Shown piece after piece: positions 36,523 through 50,269 of a stretch of 64,000 nucleotides of DNA. Each line of letters begins with the position of its first letter. Within the stretch, counting starts at the first letter, position 1. The DNA comes from Amphiscolops sp. MND2022 (lineage: Eukaryota). The notes under the pieces are model-generated. The model searched no databases. It had not been told where the DNA came from and saw nothing but the letters and a program-made list of their open reading frames with translations. The DNA lies in the NCBI GenBank assembly GCA_964187785.1, contig OZ076409.1, forward strand, positions 41,790,001 to 41,854,000. The letters run 5' to 3'. The translations under genes were made by a program, and so were the position numbers.

Positions 36523-39500
36523 AATAGCAGAAGCCTGCCTGGATAAGTACCAAAAACTTGAGTCCAGTTTCGCCAGTGGGAATGTTGCGGAGGACCCTTG
36601 GTCCCACAATGATAACTCTGGGAAGGCTTATTTTCATAACTCCAATCTCCGTCCAGAAGTCCCTAAAGAGCAAGCCTCCAACAGTTACCCGATCTTCACC
36701 TTCGTCAGTTTTAAGTGCTGAGGGACGTCATCATAAGGGGTCTCCAGAAAACAATAAGAGGGGTGCAAATGTTGGTGCTACTTCTTGTTCTGATATAGTT
36801 GCCCCTACCAAGGATTTGATGCAAGGAAGTTCTAGAAGCTAAATACATAGAGTACATTTGTTTGATAGATTTTGGACTCTGTATTTGTTGTATTATTCAT
36901 TCAGCTATTTGTTAAAGTCATTTGTTTGTTGTCCCTCAGTGGCTTTTGTTATATTATTGACCACTGGGGTCATTGTCACAATTTGCATGTATATAATTAT
37001 GTAAATTTACATGTATATAATCATATAGTCAGAATAGTCCCAAGAAAAATCAAAATAGTATGATGCGGCCTCTCAGTCCAGCGTAAAAAACAGGACGGTA
37101 TTTTAATTTCTGGCTAGTGTCTGTATTCATCAGTAAAGTTGGGGGTGGGGTTAGCTCGAAGATGATGTTTCCCTCCTCTAGGACTAGAATTTTCTTCAAG
37201 TTTTTCATTTTCCGATATTCCGGGTACGGTAATATCTGCGCCTCCATTTGAAGCAATTATTGTCATTTCTTTTCTCGCTGCTGCGTTCATCTTAATTTAC
37301 GCTCCGATTTTCTTCGGTGACGTAATAGTCCATTCCGCCGCGTGCGGCGTCGTTTGGTGACAAGTGGCCGCGTCCGGCCAATTATCTTTTCTCGGCTCAA
37401 ACAGCTCGTACTCGAAGTGTGCCTCCCCATGGAATGGTATACAGACCGTCTTGCGGTATTACTATCTCTTCGTCGGGCTGTAATTTGTGTTTGCAGTATT
37501 TGTCCTCCAAAGGGGCACTTGGAACAAATTGTTTGAGCCTGATGCAGTGTAGAATCTGCGTTTAGTTTGTATTTAAACGACGCACTATGTAATTGTCATT
37601 TGGCAAGACTTTTTACACTAGAAATGGGCCAATCCACCTGTTGTCTCGAAATGGTATGTTTGAGAACTGGCTGGCCTTGCGGTCGTATAATTCTTTAGAT
37701 TTCAAATACGACTGCATTAAATTCTTTTTGTTTGGTCAATCAGGATTTGTGTCCTTCGCTGTAATTCTTCCGCGAAATCATTTGTAGGCAAGAAGTTTTT
37801 ATTAGTATTAATTCCTAATTTATTATCTAGGACGTCAAAGGGAATGCTTCCGTGAAATACTTTGCTGGGTTACCTTGCAATACTTGAGTGATATGTAGTA
37901 TTGTAGTTAAGTACTGCCAGTGGTAAGTATTTGTGCCATTGACGACTATATTCCCCTGAGGCTACCAAATTCGGCTTGAGTGAGGCGTGCGTCCTTTCAA
38001 GTTTGCCAATAGTTCCAGGGTGTTTTGTAGTAGCGCACTTGAGTGTTTTTCTTAAAATTTGAGTAACGTCAGCTACAATGGTTAACGTAAAGATGGACCC
38101 CTTGTCTGTGATGAGGGTTGTCGGAATGTGAAAGTTTGGTCATAACATCGCCTCAATTAGCGGGTAGGCAAAAAAGTATCTTGAAAAAACATCAATTGCA
38201 GTCATCACTGTCTGGTATCCGCTACTGGTAGGTAAAATTGGTAATAAATCAATATGCATGGCGTCTTCTGGACCCAGGTCCCATTCAGGCAAACTGAGCA
38301 ATTCGGATGTTAAAGCATTGTTAGGGACCCGTTTGTCTTCGGCACATGTTTCGCAGCCTTCTACTTTTTTTTACGTGTTTCGCTATTCCTGGGTAGTAAA
38401 TTTTTTGCGATATTCTTGCAGCATTTTGGATATGCCTGGGTTTCGATGTGACGTGCCATGTAGTGCATAGAGTATATTTGTCAATAAGTGCTCTGGCAGT
38501 AAAATTTGATGATACTTGATTTGTCCTGTTTCATCATATTACTGTCTTGTCACCACATCGTCCTTATTGACTATCCGATCAAAATTGTTAAGGTAGTGTT
38601 TGTTTCTAATGTCTTGTTGGAGAATTTCTTCAGAATATTTTTCTTTCTGAATTTTAGCTTTTAATTGGAGTAAAATCGTGTCTGTTGAATGCTCTGAAAT
38701 GATTTGATTCGTTCTACGCAAATTTTGGGTGAAGTGTGTGATTTCATCCACGTTGTTTTTTGATACCGTGTCAATTTTCTTGACGATGTCAGGGACCTTG
38801 AGTCCTGTTTTGGATTGTTTGTTCTTTTCCCAAATTTGTTCTGCTGCCTCATTGTCTTCTTTAGTGAAGAAGACTTGCTCTTCAGACACTCCAGCTGATT
38901 GGACATTTACTTCAACAGGTCTTGTTTCTACATCTTCGCGTATTTATAGGACTGGTTTTTCTTTTGGGTCCATTTCCAATTGGGACAGATAGTCAGCCGC
39001 TGTGTTACTTTTGCCTGGGATGTGAGCTATGATGAAATTGAACTGGATTACAAAATTACATGCTTTCCAGAGCGGCGGTGGTATGGTATGGTTTTGGTGT
39101 GGAAAAACCTCGTGACCCATTTATTATCCGTGAGAATAATTACTGGTTTTGGTGTTCCCCAGGAAATATGTCGGAACTCTTTGAAGGCGTACTATATGGC
39201 TAAAAATTCCTTTGCATAAATCGACATCTTGAGTTGTGACGGAGTGAATGTTTTGGACCTGGGCTATTGGGGCATATGATTTTTTGACAGAACTGTTTTT
39301 TTTTGGTTCGGGTCATCTTCGGTCAAAATGGCGTAACCGGTTGCTGTGAAGCTTGCATCGGTCATTAGGACCAGTTATTCGTTAGGGTTGTTTCAAAGCT
39401 AGTTGGCTACACCTGTCCATGTCTTTGTTGATTTCGTTGAATTGTTCAACGAGTTCTGTTGTCATTAGGACCTTCTCGTCTTTCTTGAGAAGTTAGAAGG

Positions 39501-42500
39501 TGGATCTAATTTGTTGGATAATCTCGGTGTATAGTCCTATTGTACTTGAGGAAACCAAAATAACGCTGTAAGGCTTTCTTGGACTTCGGGAATTTTGTTT
39601 TTGTCTAAGAAGTTGGTGTTCTTTCTTTCTGGAGATTTACTCATCCATCAGTAATTGCTCTCCGAAGGAAATCTATTTCAGTTGAGACGAAGTGGCACTT
39701 GTACATGATGAGTTTTAGTCCGGCTTCCCTAGTGCATTCAAATGTCCCTCTCAGGTTTTTTAAAAAAGGTGGTCGGCGTCGTTCGCTGCAATGCCTATGT
39801 CGTCGACATATTGGGCGCAATGATCACCTAATTTTATAACCCGTTCCAGATATTTTCTCATGAACCTGGAGAAGGCCGACAAGGCTCTGCTTAACCCTTG
39901 GGCTAGTAAGCAAAGGTTCTGCTGGCAAAATGAAAGCAAAGCAGAATCTCGATGGACCTTGTGTCTGCCATTGGGAGGCAGTGGTAAGCTTGCGAGCAAT
40001 CTAGTTTAAAGAAAAATTTCTTCCCCGCCATTTGCTGCGCTGCATCTGTCAAGGTTATGACTGGGTGGTTGTTGTTAAAATAATCGTCAGAGATCAAGTG
40101 TTGATTTGGTTGATTTTTCTAATGTCGACCAGCAGTCTCAATTTCTCATCGGGGTCTTGTGTACTTTGAAAATAGCAAATTCGTGATGATGCCATACTTG
40201 TGTAGCAATTCCAATTCGACCAAAATGTCTTCTTTCAAATTTTCTCTGGTAAGCAAGCTTTGGCTTTATGCAAGCGATTCGTCCTTTGGAGTCAGTTTGA
40301 CTCTGAATTCTTCATTCATGCCAAAATCAAAACGGTGGCGCTCGAAAATAGCATGAAATTCTACCAAAAGTGATTCGATTCTCCTTATCTTATGCTGTTG
40401 TAGCATCGAGTCCTTCCAGTCAAAGTTGCTGAGGACTTTTCGCCTACATTCTTCATTGTCTTTAGGATTGAGTTTTTCTGCTTGTTGTAAGTTGCGCAGT
40501 TTTTGAAGAACCCGTTGTTGTATTGGCGTGTGGGACTCCTCGTCTCATAGGGTTTTCGGCGTTGGAAATCAATACTGTTCATATTGGTCATTGTTACGAT
40601 TGGCTTTGAGGAGGCTACTTACATAGTATATTGCGTCCTCTTCATTTTAGTTTAGTAAATGCCAAGTGGACACTGGGTCTAATGGTTTGACGTGGTTCAT
40701 CTGTTCTGGTGTCATCACTGAAAAATTCGCAATATGCAATGCCTTTTCGAGTTTGTAAGGTTGGTCAGTGAATCTGTGTATCTTCATAGGTTCTTCATAA
40801 AATGTAACAATTGCTGCGCAAAATGTTACATCTTCATCTTCATGCAGAAGGTCACTGGGTTGTAATATGCCTGTTCTTGTGTTTTCTGCATAGATTTGGG
40901 ACTGAATTATGACAACTTTATGGTCATTTGGCGGTATGGTGACATCCTCAGGATTGAGTATAAGTTCCATGACGTTCGAGTATTTGTGGTCAGCCGTTTT
41001 GAGTTGCATAGAGAAAAAGGGAAAATTAATTATACTTTGGCGCATGTCCAGGACTGTATGTTTCCTTTGGAGTAACATTAGTCCAATTATGGGGCTAGAC
41101 AGTTTTCCCATGACAATGAAAATTTCGTAGAATTCAATGTCCCCGACTTCAAACTTTAGTTCGGCGGTGCTCGTGGGGGTTTGCAGGTCGCCATTTGTAA
41201 CTATAGTTTGAAAAGACGGGGCAGGTCCCTCGTTGACTATGGATTGAGGCACCAATAGAAATATTTTCCGAAGTTCTGCTTCGTGTATTGCACTGGAGTG
41301 GGCCCCAGTGTCGATTAGTCCGTCAATAGTCAGTTCCCCAAAATCCATTGGGAAATACAGCATCAGGCGATTAAGTTTGAGGTTAAGATTTGTTGAAAGG
41401 GGAATATATGGAGGTTCACGTTCCTTTTCCACAAAGATATGCGGAAAGGCCATTTCGCCCGAAAGACGGTGTGAGTCGTTATTGGGTTGTCGGCCGTAAC
41501 CTTCGTTTGAGGGTTTATTCTCTGGGTTAGGCTGCCATAATTCAAGAAAGGCTCGTGATAAACTGGTATTTTCGATCACGGGATCGTCTTCTTCATCTGT
41601 GGGAGGGTAGTCTTCACATTTAAATTGTAAGTTCTCTTTGTCATAGAGATCTTTGTCCCAATACGGATTCGTGCCTTATTCGGGGTCAAAGTATTGAGGG
41701 TTGTAATTTTCGATTCTTTGTAGGTGTCGAAATTGAATCTCAAAGTAGTTAGTGTAATCCATTTCATAGTATCTATCTGGGCGATCATTATGTACTACTT
41801 TATGAAGCTTGATGTAGGCTTTTTCCATCAGCTGCTGCCAGACAACGGACGGGGTGCCAACGGTATCTTTGAGAAATTGGATGAGTTCAATTGTTGGAGG
41901 GCTTGATAAGACATATTGTCGAAACGACATATATCCATGTATTTGGAGTCGTGGCAACGTTAGTTTTTTAGTCAGTTTTCCTAGAAGGCGATTGTCCTGG
42001 AGGTGTTGTTTCTGCATTACTTGACTTCTTGGATGCTTTTTCGTCCCCGGAGGTGTCATCAGCTTTATCTTTAGGACGTGTCATTTCCGGGCGTAGATGT
42101 GCTTCTGCTCCTTTCCAGCACATTTCAACGGGATGGTTCTTTTTACCCACATAATGGGCATTCTGGGTATGTTTGGCGCTGGGGTTTTTTGCCGTTTTTA
42201 TCCACCATCTCCTTTTTCGTTTTTAGTTTTGGGCACGATATCCAGAAGTGGTAAATGGCTTTACAGTAGGTGCATTGGGCACCTATGCTCGTGTCAATGC
42301 CATTTGACAATAGGTTGCGGTTACCAGTAGACGCCGAAGCCATAATGACCATTGGTAAGTCATCTGACTCTTCGAATGCTTTGAGTTCTAGCTTACGTTC
42401 AAGAAGAGCTACGATCTCTTCGTATGTCTCGTTCTCCAGGCGGGCCATGTTGACAGATTGTTTCAACTTTGGTGGTAGTTTGGCGTACAACAAGCTGTCA

Positions 42501-43400
42501 ATCATGCTTTTGGCGTTTTCACCAAAGGCTTTTTCAGCTCCTTGATTGAGTTCTGCGAGAAAGTCCGGCAAGTTCATGGTACTAGGGTCAAAAGTGAGCC
42601 TGTGCCATTTGTGCTTTGCCGTCGCTAGGGATTGTGGTTTGACATATTTTCTCCGGAATATGACCAGTACGTCCTCAAGAGTTTGACGGTTAATGGAGTT
42701 TTTGTTCCTTAATGTCTGCAGTGTCCCTTTTTGCAGCAAGGAATGAAAAGTGTTAATTTTCGTTTGCTCTGTCACAGCGGGTTGCATTTTGATCATCTTA
42801 TGGAACAAGTCCTCGAAGAGTTCGAATATTTTGCTCTTATATTCAAATATCATGGAGGTTGTTGTGACCGGTCAAATTGTTATTGATTGGGGTTTGTTTT
42901 GCAGATTGGCTAGTACGTCAGCCAATCTTTTAACTGGGTCTTGTGGTACATCAGGCAATCCAGACTCTTTTACTGGTAGAGTAGTAGCCAAGAAAATATT
43001 ATGATCTAATTCCTGTCGGTTAAGGGTCGGAATTGAGTAGATTCGTCAAGTCCGAATTTCAGGATTTTGCTGTTGGGTGTCTGTAGCTCCTGTCAACATG
43101 TAAAGACCAAGGTCCTCTGTGTCTCTTAAATCAACAGCGGACCTAGATTCCTATTTTTTAATTCTAGTTTTCAACCCATCATTGTTCTCTCTATTTTCTT
43201 GACTATTTGGGGACAAACTAGCTTCAGTGTCTAAATTTCCTGACGAAGACATCGAACTCACTATGTTCTTTATTTCAGGATTTACTCTATCAGAAATAGC
43301 TGAACATATGGCTTTGTTAGTTTGGGAAAACACCAGAGCCATCATGGAGTCCTTTTTTTGAGATAACCTTAGAATTTATAAAGAAATATTTTGTTGATTG
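36523..43400 (-). mobile_element. Decayed Ty3/Gypsy element (Gypsy-B): gag, PR, RT, RNase H and integrase, with many stops and frameshifts; LTRs not identified
   Basis: gag 42143-43345 with knuckles CTYCKAIYHFWISC and CPLCG*KNHPVEMC; protease LIDTGAHSS (~41310); RT KLDCSQAYH and YVDDIGI (~39800); integrase LHGTSHRNPG...CETC, IDLLP, ITDKGS, LERTH and a WIGPF motif (~37625). Confidence 0.92.
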
Positions 43401-44347
43401 CATGACCATCAAAACTATGGTTATCACGTTCTAAAAATAGCTAAAACTATACTAAAAATAGCATCAACCATTTGTAGTTGTGACGACATCATGACCGTTA
43501 GGTCACATCAAAGACATAATTGTCGGCACACAACTGCACCTTGAAGGAATCAGCAAACGTCATTGGAGGACAACCAAACATGCATTAGTTTAACAGGAAC
43601 TTTATATGTATTCAACATTCAAGTATTTCATGTTCGAAACAAAACTATTCATGTAAACATATACTATATCAGCCACAATGTCTGGGGTTGAATAATACAA
43701 CGATCTTTATTCGATAAAGCACTATTATATATTAAACAGCTTTCCAAATTAAGGTTATTTACTACAAATGCCGCTCCGTTCTATAAATTGGACTCAATGT
43801 CCGTCTGCCTGAATTAAAGTATCACTGCGTGTGAACAAGCGGCGTATGGCCATCGTGTCCAATAACTACAGTACCGAATTAGAAGACTCAGACAAATACT
43901 GTAATCTGATTGGTCAAAAATTGGTACGGACTGAGTGTCCACAGCGACAGGAGAGGAAACATTTGAACTCGTTTCCTCTGCTTGTACGCCTTGGTGTCCA
44001 AATGAAATAAAACGCGTACAAATGTATTGAAGCGCCAACAAATTGTTCAAATAATCATAAAAATTTGACACTAAATGCTTAAGTTTGAGACTAAAGTTTT
44101 AAAATCCTGACATATTGTCTAATAATATCTTCTGTAAAAAACTAATATACATGAAAGCAACACCTCTGAACTTACATACGTTGAAATTATTATTGGAAAC
44201 CAATTCAGTTCGAGTTTTAGTTTGTGAGATGCTTTTTGGACTGCTTGTCCGATTTCCTTCAGTAGAGCGAAATAGTCCCAGGAAGTGTTTGTTGATAATC
44301 GTACCTTATTGAATAAAAGTTACCACTGCAGGCGGCAGCCTGCGACA

Positions 44348-45983
44348 CTTACCACAAATCTCACAGAAATCTTCAGTTTAAATTAACTGAGACTTTCGTC
44401 CTTTTCATTTTTAGCAAAAAACAACTTCGTTCCAACTGAGCGTTATTAAATTGAAATCAATACTTTAAATGTTTTAGCACCTGCGTTTTTATTACCTCAA
44501 TTAGCTTTCTATTTACTGTCAACATTAAACACTTTTAACAGGTTTAAACACTGCAATTTGAGTTTTAGTTCAGGAATCGTGTGAAAAATTCGTATTTGTT
44601 GGACACCCTGTTTAAACAATGAATTTCCTTGGCACTTTTTGTATGCTGTCTGAACCTACCCGAACCTCAACAAAAAAAAAAACAAAAAGTGACGTAAGAA
44701 GGTTCATTCATTCACTTTTGAATGCAAAGAGTATACCTTTTGGTCTGGATGTCTGCGTAAATGTTAGCGAATCTTAACGAATTTTCCAAACTCATGAATA
44801 AATTTACCTAAATCGTTGTCGCTGGCAGTTTATTTAAGAAAAACTGTCAACATTGAAAATAGAGGAAAATTCGAAAGAAAATTTTAAAAGTTTCTTGGCT
44901 CTACACACTGGAAAGGTTCGAAAGCAACTTTTTCAAATTTCCAAAAATTTTGAATGTTTTACAGAAATTAAAATAATTTTTGGTTCGATAATCGGCAAAA
45001 CGTTTAAGTTACGGAGAACGTATTTTTTGTTCAAAGTTTCCGCTGAGCGTGAAATACTTATTCCTAAAACAATTCAAGTAAAATTGAATTTCTGACAAAT
45101 TGGAAAAAAGCTTTATTATTCAAGAGACTCTTTGGTGGCTTTTTCATTTCCCTAATTTGGGCGAAAGCTGCCAGCAAATGTCGATATGTGATAGTTGACA
45201 AAATAACAAGCCATGAACGGCTCGAGTCTTTTTTTGACGGGACTTTTTGAGACAGAGAAGTGCTCTTCCATTTCTGAAACATCAATAAAACCCACATTTG
45301 TGTAAAATAGTAATTTCTCTGATGTTTTACCTTCGAAAAATTGTTTCAGTTACAAGTCCAAGAGTGCCAAAAATCTAAAAATCTCTGACTGTTTTGGTCA
45401 TTTTTGTTACTGCTGCTTTGCCCAATGCTCAGCTGAATATATCTATTATCTTCACTTCTAATTCAGCTCTATATTGGGACAGGATTTCCTTATCGTTCGT
45501 CATCATCTTCAGGTCTCGGGTCATCTTGACATATTGGATGAATCTCTTCAACAAGACTTTCGCTTCCTGTATGGTCTTCTCCAAGGTCGGTAGGGTGATC
45601 TTTTGAAGTTATTTTATTTGGTCTTTCCTATCGGATTCTTCACTTGAAGAAATCAGTCCCGCCTGGACGTTCGTAATAAATTTTGAGCTTTTTGAAGTCA
45701 TTCTGAATGCACCATGTTGTATCTCAAAGTAAAGGAAATCAATTGGGATTGTATTGCTGTAATCAAGCATTTTTCGTCACTCTAAATGATGCGATTATAT
45801 TGCTATCACTATAGGCAGGTACTTACATAATAGAGTTCAGGTCAAATGTAATTACGTAATATATATGTAAATGACCTCTAAGTCCCATGCCACATTCCCC
45901 CCTCTTCGGATAATTATCGATGGCATGTTTGTTTTTTGTTATATAAATGTATAGTATCTTACATGTAACTCAAATTAACTTAA
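44348..45983 (+). repeat. Segmental duplication copy 2 (partner 34670-36522)
   Basis: Same colinear block, including the identical gag truncation point ACTGTTTTGGTCATTTTTG. Confidence 0.88.
45787..45894 (-). repeat. Short LTR (108 bp) with PPT on one side and PBS plus gag on the other
   Basis: Homologous to 36322-36432 and 51132-51241. Confidence 0.8.
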
Positions 45984-48900
45984 GAACCGTCGGTAACCAA
46001 TTTTCAATGATTGGTATTTGTTTTGCATGGAGATCTTCTCCGGTTGCTTTTGATGCTTCTGCTTCAACAGTGACTACCTCTTCTTCTCTTCCTCTGTTGT
46101 TCTCGTTTCTTTCCCGTGACTGGATAAGGTCTCGATTTATCTTCTGCACGGTATTTCCTGTAAATATCAGTGTGTTACCAGTTTACCTGATCTAACTTTT
46201 GGATTAGCGGATGTTATTCTAGTAGATCTTCTAATTTGTGGGTCGGTATTTTCCTTTTCTATTAGTTTTGTATTTATATTATTGTGATCATTACCACTCT
46301 TGCCGACTATTGTAGTGTTGTTTGGGTCGTTGGTATTTCCTTCTAACGCGTGTTCCAACTCCTCTTCCATCATGTTTTCCACTTGTAGTTTCTTCCTAGG
46401 GGTACTCGTGTTGCGGTCTCGAATCAGCTTTTTCCGGCCTTGCCCGATTTGTGTTGGGGAGCTGAATTCAAAACTGGCTTCTATTATTTCTGCTGATGAG
46501 TTCCGCGTAAGGGTACTTCGGCCATGTTCGGTGTTCCGGTTTGTTCTTCTTCCTCCTCCTGTTCCTCGCTTGTCCTTATTGGCCGAAACATTGCCCTGGT
46601 AAGTCTGTCGTCTGATACTCTTGCGTTTTTTCCGTGTCGTGACATGAGGTTGTCACACTTTAGCCTTCGGAGTGTCTTCAATACTAGTTGTTCGTAATCC
46701 ACATCTTTGCTTGCGAATGAGTATATTTGGAGTGTCTCCGGTTTGGTTGCCATTCTGCATGGGATACATTCGTCGCACTTCGTTTGTATCTCTTTTGTTT
46801 GTTGCGGCCACCAGAATGGCTTTGCAGCTGCCGACATCCTAATAACTGCCGGGTGGCGTTTATGCAGAAATGGAATCATCATTCGTCATGATGGCTGCGG
46901 GATAATAACTTTATCATCGTAAAATACGATGCCAAATCTCGTCGATAGGTGTCCATGATGTTCTTTGTACTTCTCTGGTATTTGTTCCGGTGTTTATATT
47001 TCTAAGGAAACAAACATCTTGATCAATTTCTCGTTGTTTGTTGTTTCTTCCGTTATCGTTTTCAGGTCAGTTGCAAATTTTTGCTCCACTTATCCGACTG
47101 TTTCCTCCAAATCTCATTCCGGAGCGTCCTGTATGTTACTTGCCTGTCTCATGTTTAAGTATCTTGCACCTGTCGCACCTATTTATCGCTTGAACTTTTT
47201 CGTCGGTACCGGGATTGTGTTTCCCGAATCAGAGGACATGATTTCTGTTTCTGCAACTTCCAGTATTTCTGACTCGGTCCTGTCTTCCTCCGTTTGTGTT
47301 TGTCTCGGGCTGCTTGTGCTAGGTCCTGCTTCGTTTGTTTTGGGTAGGTTTCTTACCTTTTCCTTTACCCTGAGGAATTTTTTTTGTTCAGTTTCTTCTG
47401 CCGTTCCACGATATACTGTGTTTTCTTTTTTCTTCCACAATACTCTGTTTTATTCCATAGCTCAACTTATATTTATTTTGGTTCAGCTTTCGGGGTTTGT
47501 GGAGGGTTCTCCCTCCATCTGTTTGTTAGCTTCAGTGTATCTTCTGAAGGATCTTCGCGCTCGATATTTTCGATCGATTTGATTTCCATAACTCATTTGT
47601 TGTGAGGTGATTTGGTTGACGGTAATTTGTGTATTTTGGATTGCGTGTTGAGTTTCCAACTGGTAGCAACCAACTGCGGTTGTTGCGTTGGTTGTCGCTC
47701 GTTTTCAGCTTCTGCGAGTGTCTCATTTCTGATTGGTTTTTCGTTTGGTGAGAATTAGTTACTTGATCCGTTCGCGTCGCTGTCTTCCTTTCATCAATGA
47801 TGCTGCCGTAGTTGTAATGAACTCCAGTTAGGTTATTATGCAATTGATTACGTACTCTTCATCGTAATTCTCAATTGGTTCTAGACTTGCTATTAGATTT
47901 CTGCTCTTACAATACGTTAAGCTGAGATGTTTGCCTGCAACGTGTTTTAATTGTATGTCAAAATGTGCCATCCTATCTAAACATCTCGTTAATCTTGCAC
48001 TGTACGTTTTATTCGATCTATTTCGTTTGATCAATGGTTCCAGTGCTTGGTGATTGGTTTATAGTTCCATCGGTTTACCATAAACATGCAAACGACAATG
48101 ATCCAGTCCCCACACTACCGCCAGCAATTCTAGTTCGATCATTGCGTAATTCTTTTTGGTGTCCAATTGAAATCTGCTTGCGAATCTAATCGATTCCAGG
48201 TTTTCGTCTTTTTGTTTTTGCCATAGCGTCGCTCCGAATCCTTTTATGGTTGCATTGGTAGTTAGGGTATTCTCATTTTTGGAACTGTAGTGCGCTAGAC
48301 AAGGCAGTTGTGTTTTCATTCTTTTCAAATTGTTGAATGCCTTTGTGTGTTCGTCCGTCCATAGCCACTCATTTTGGTTCTTCAGTAGTTATTGTAGTAT
48401 ATCTTTTTGTGCTGACAGACTTGCGATATACTTCGATTTGTTTTGTACTGCCCCCAGAAAGTATTCCAGTTCCTTCTCATTTTTGGCATATTTATCTTTG
48501 TAGTTGCTTCGAGTTTGTCCTGGAGTGGTCCTATTCCGTTTTGATCTCTTTTGTGTCCGACCCATTCAGTTTCTTTTTTGAAAAATTCGCACATTTTGGA
48601 TGTAGTCAGTACCCTGCTTCTTCCAGTTTCCTCTTTGTTTCTCTTACTTCCGCTTCATGTTTCTCTATGTATCCTTTCGTCACTAATAATATATCGTCTA
48701 GCCATGCGCGTGTTTGAACTCCAGGGTTTTGTCTATAAGTTCTTGGAAAATTGTTGGTATATCGGCCAGTCCGTAGAAATCCTTCAAGAAACGGTAATGA
48801 TTCGAGAATATACATAAGTTTCTTTTTCTTCTCGTCTAGTTTGATTTGGACGTACGCGTAATCGAAATCTAGTTTTGCTACCCCAGTTTCGCGGTCTTTA

Positions 48901-50269
48901 TTTTTGGATATCTTTCGTGATATTCTGGGTATTCTTTCTTTCCATGTTTGGCCTCTGTGCTTTTCTTTTGAATGTTGCTTCTTTCAGTTTTTTTGAATCC
49001 AGTGCGATTTTGTTTATTCATCTTTCTTTATAGTTATTACTGCTGGACTTACGAACCAATCTTCGGTTCTTTATGTTACCCTCTCCAAGTATCCGTTTTT
49101 ATCACTTTTTTAGTTCTTCCGCTTGCTGTTCTTGTAAGTGGATTGGTATCAGCCGTTCCTTTTTGTTGTATGACGTTCGCGTTTTTTTCGGTTTGTTTTT
49201 ACCACCAATAGTTTTTTCGTTGTTGTTGTTAAATAGGTCGTAGGAATTCATTCGTTAGTTTTAGGGTTTTCTCTTCGATTTTCACCATTCTTATGTTGTG
49301 GATCTTGTCTACAATAGTGTTCGAGTTCATTGATTTTTCTAGCTGATTCATCCAGTCCAGTCCATTAACAGCGTTATGTTTGCCTTTGTAATTAGTAACG
49401 GTAATTGGAGTGTGATTTTGTTTGTTTTCACCGTTGCTTTTGTTTGTCCCACAAACTCGATTTTGCTGTCATTGACGCCTCTGTAATTGGTGTTCAATTT
49501 CTCCACTTTCGAAATCAGTGTTACTGGCCATCTGCTATCAATTATGAACTTTATTGGTGTTACGTGTTACCAATAGTGTTACGTGAATGCAATCGCTTTT
49601 CTTTTTGTTGTTGTTTTTGCTTTAGATTTTATGGTGATCACAGTTATCTTCTTCGGCTGACGTTTTATCCACATGTTGTATTCTTGTTTGTAGCCGGCAC
49701 ATTTTCTCGTAGTGAACTTTCTTTTTACAATTTCTGCAATCGACAGTACACGCTGGACGTACGTGTTGTCTAGTCCAGTTGGGTATTTCGCATTGTCCGC
49801 AACGGTTGTCTTTGTGTTTCTCTTTTTGATACTCCGGTCTTCTCTTGTTTTTGTCTTTTTGTCGTAACCGTGCCTCTCTGACCATTTTCATTTCTACGGT
49901 GTTCCCTGTACATGTTTTATATCTCTCCCATGATTGGAAAGGTTGGAGTCATTTTTTCGGTCGTACATTCGTACATGTACTCTTGGATTATATCAGTTAT
50001 AGTTTCGATTGTCATGTTAATGTTTCGGATCTTCTTCTTCAGTTCATATTCTCCGGTGGATCTTCTAATTAGATATAAGAATTTTGAGGCAATTAATACA
50101 GCTGGGGTAACACTATTGAATTCGAAATTTTTCTCCGTTGGTAATTTTCGTGTCAATAGGTCTTCCGCTGTTTCACTTGGTTCTCGAATAATACCGAAGA
50201 AATCTATTCTACTGTGGAGTTTGTTCCTTTCAGGTATGTGTTGGAGTCTGAACAAGGAATACACTTTAT

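Noticed and set aside
36523..36870. Possible hammerhead ribozyme or antisense ORF at the 3' end of Gypsy-B
   Set aside because: CTGACGA is present, but I could not build the flanking stems and GAAA core; the ORF has no recognisable features.
43815..44010. Candidate next channel exon (VSLRVNKRRMAIVSNNYSTE...)
   Set aside because: Weak acceptor, phase incompatible with the 34187 donor, and no family motif.
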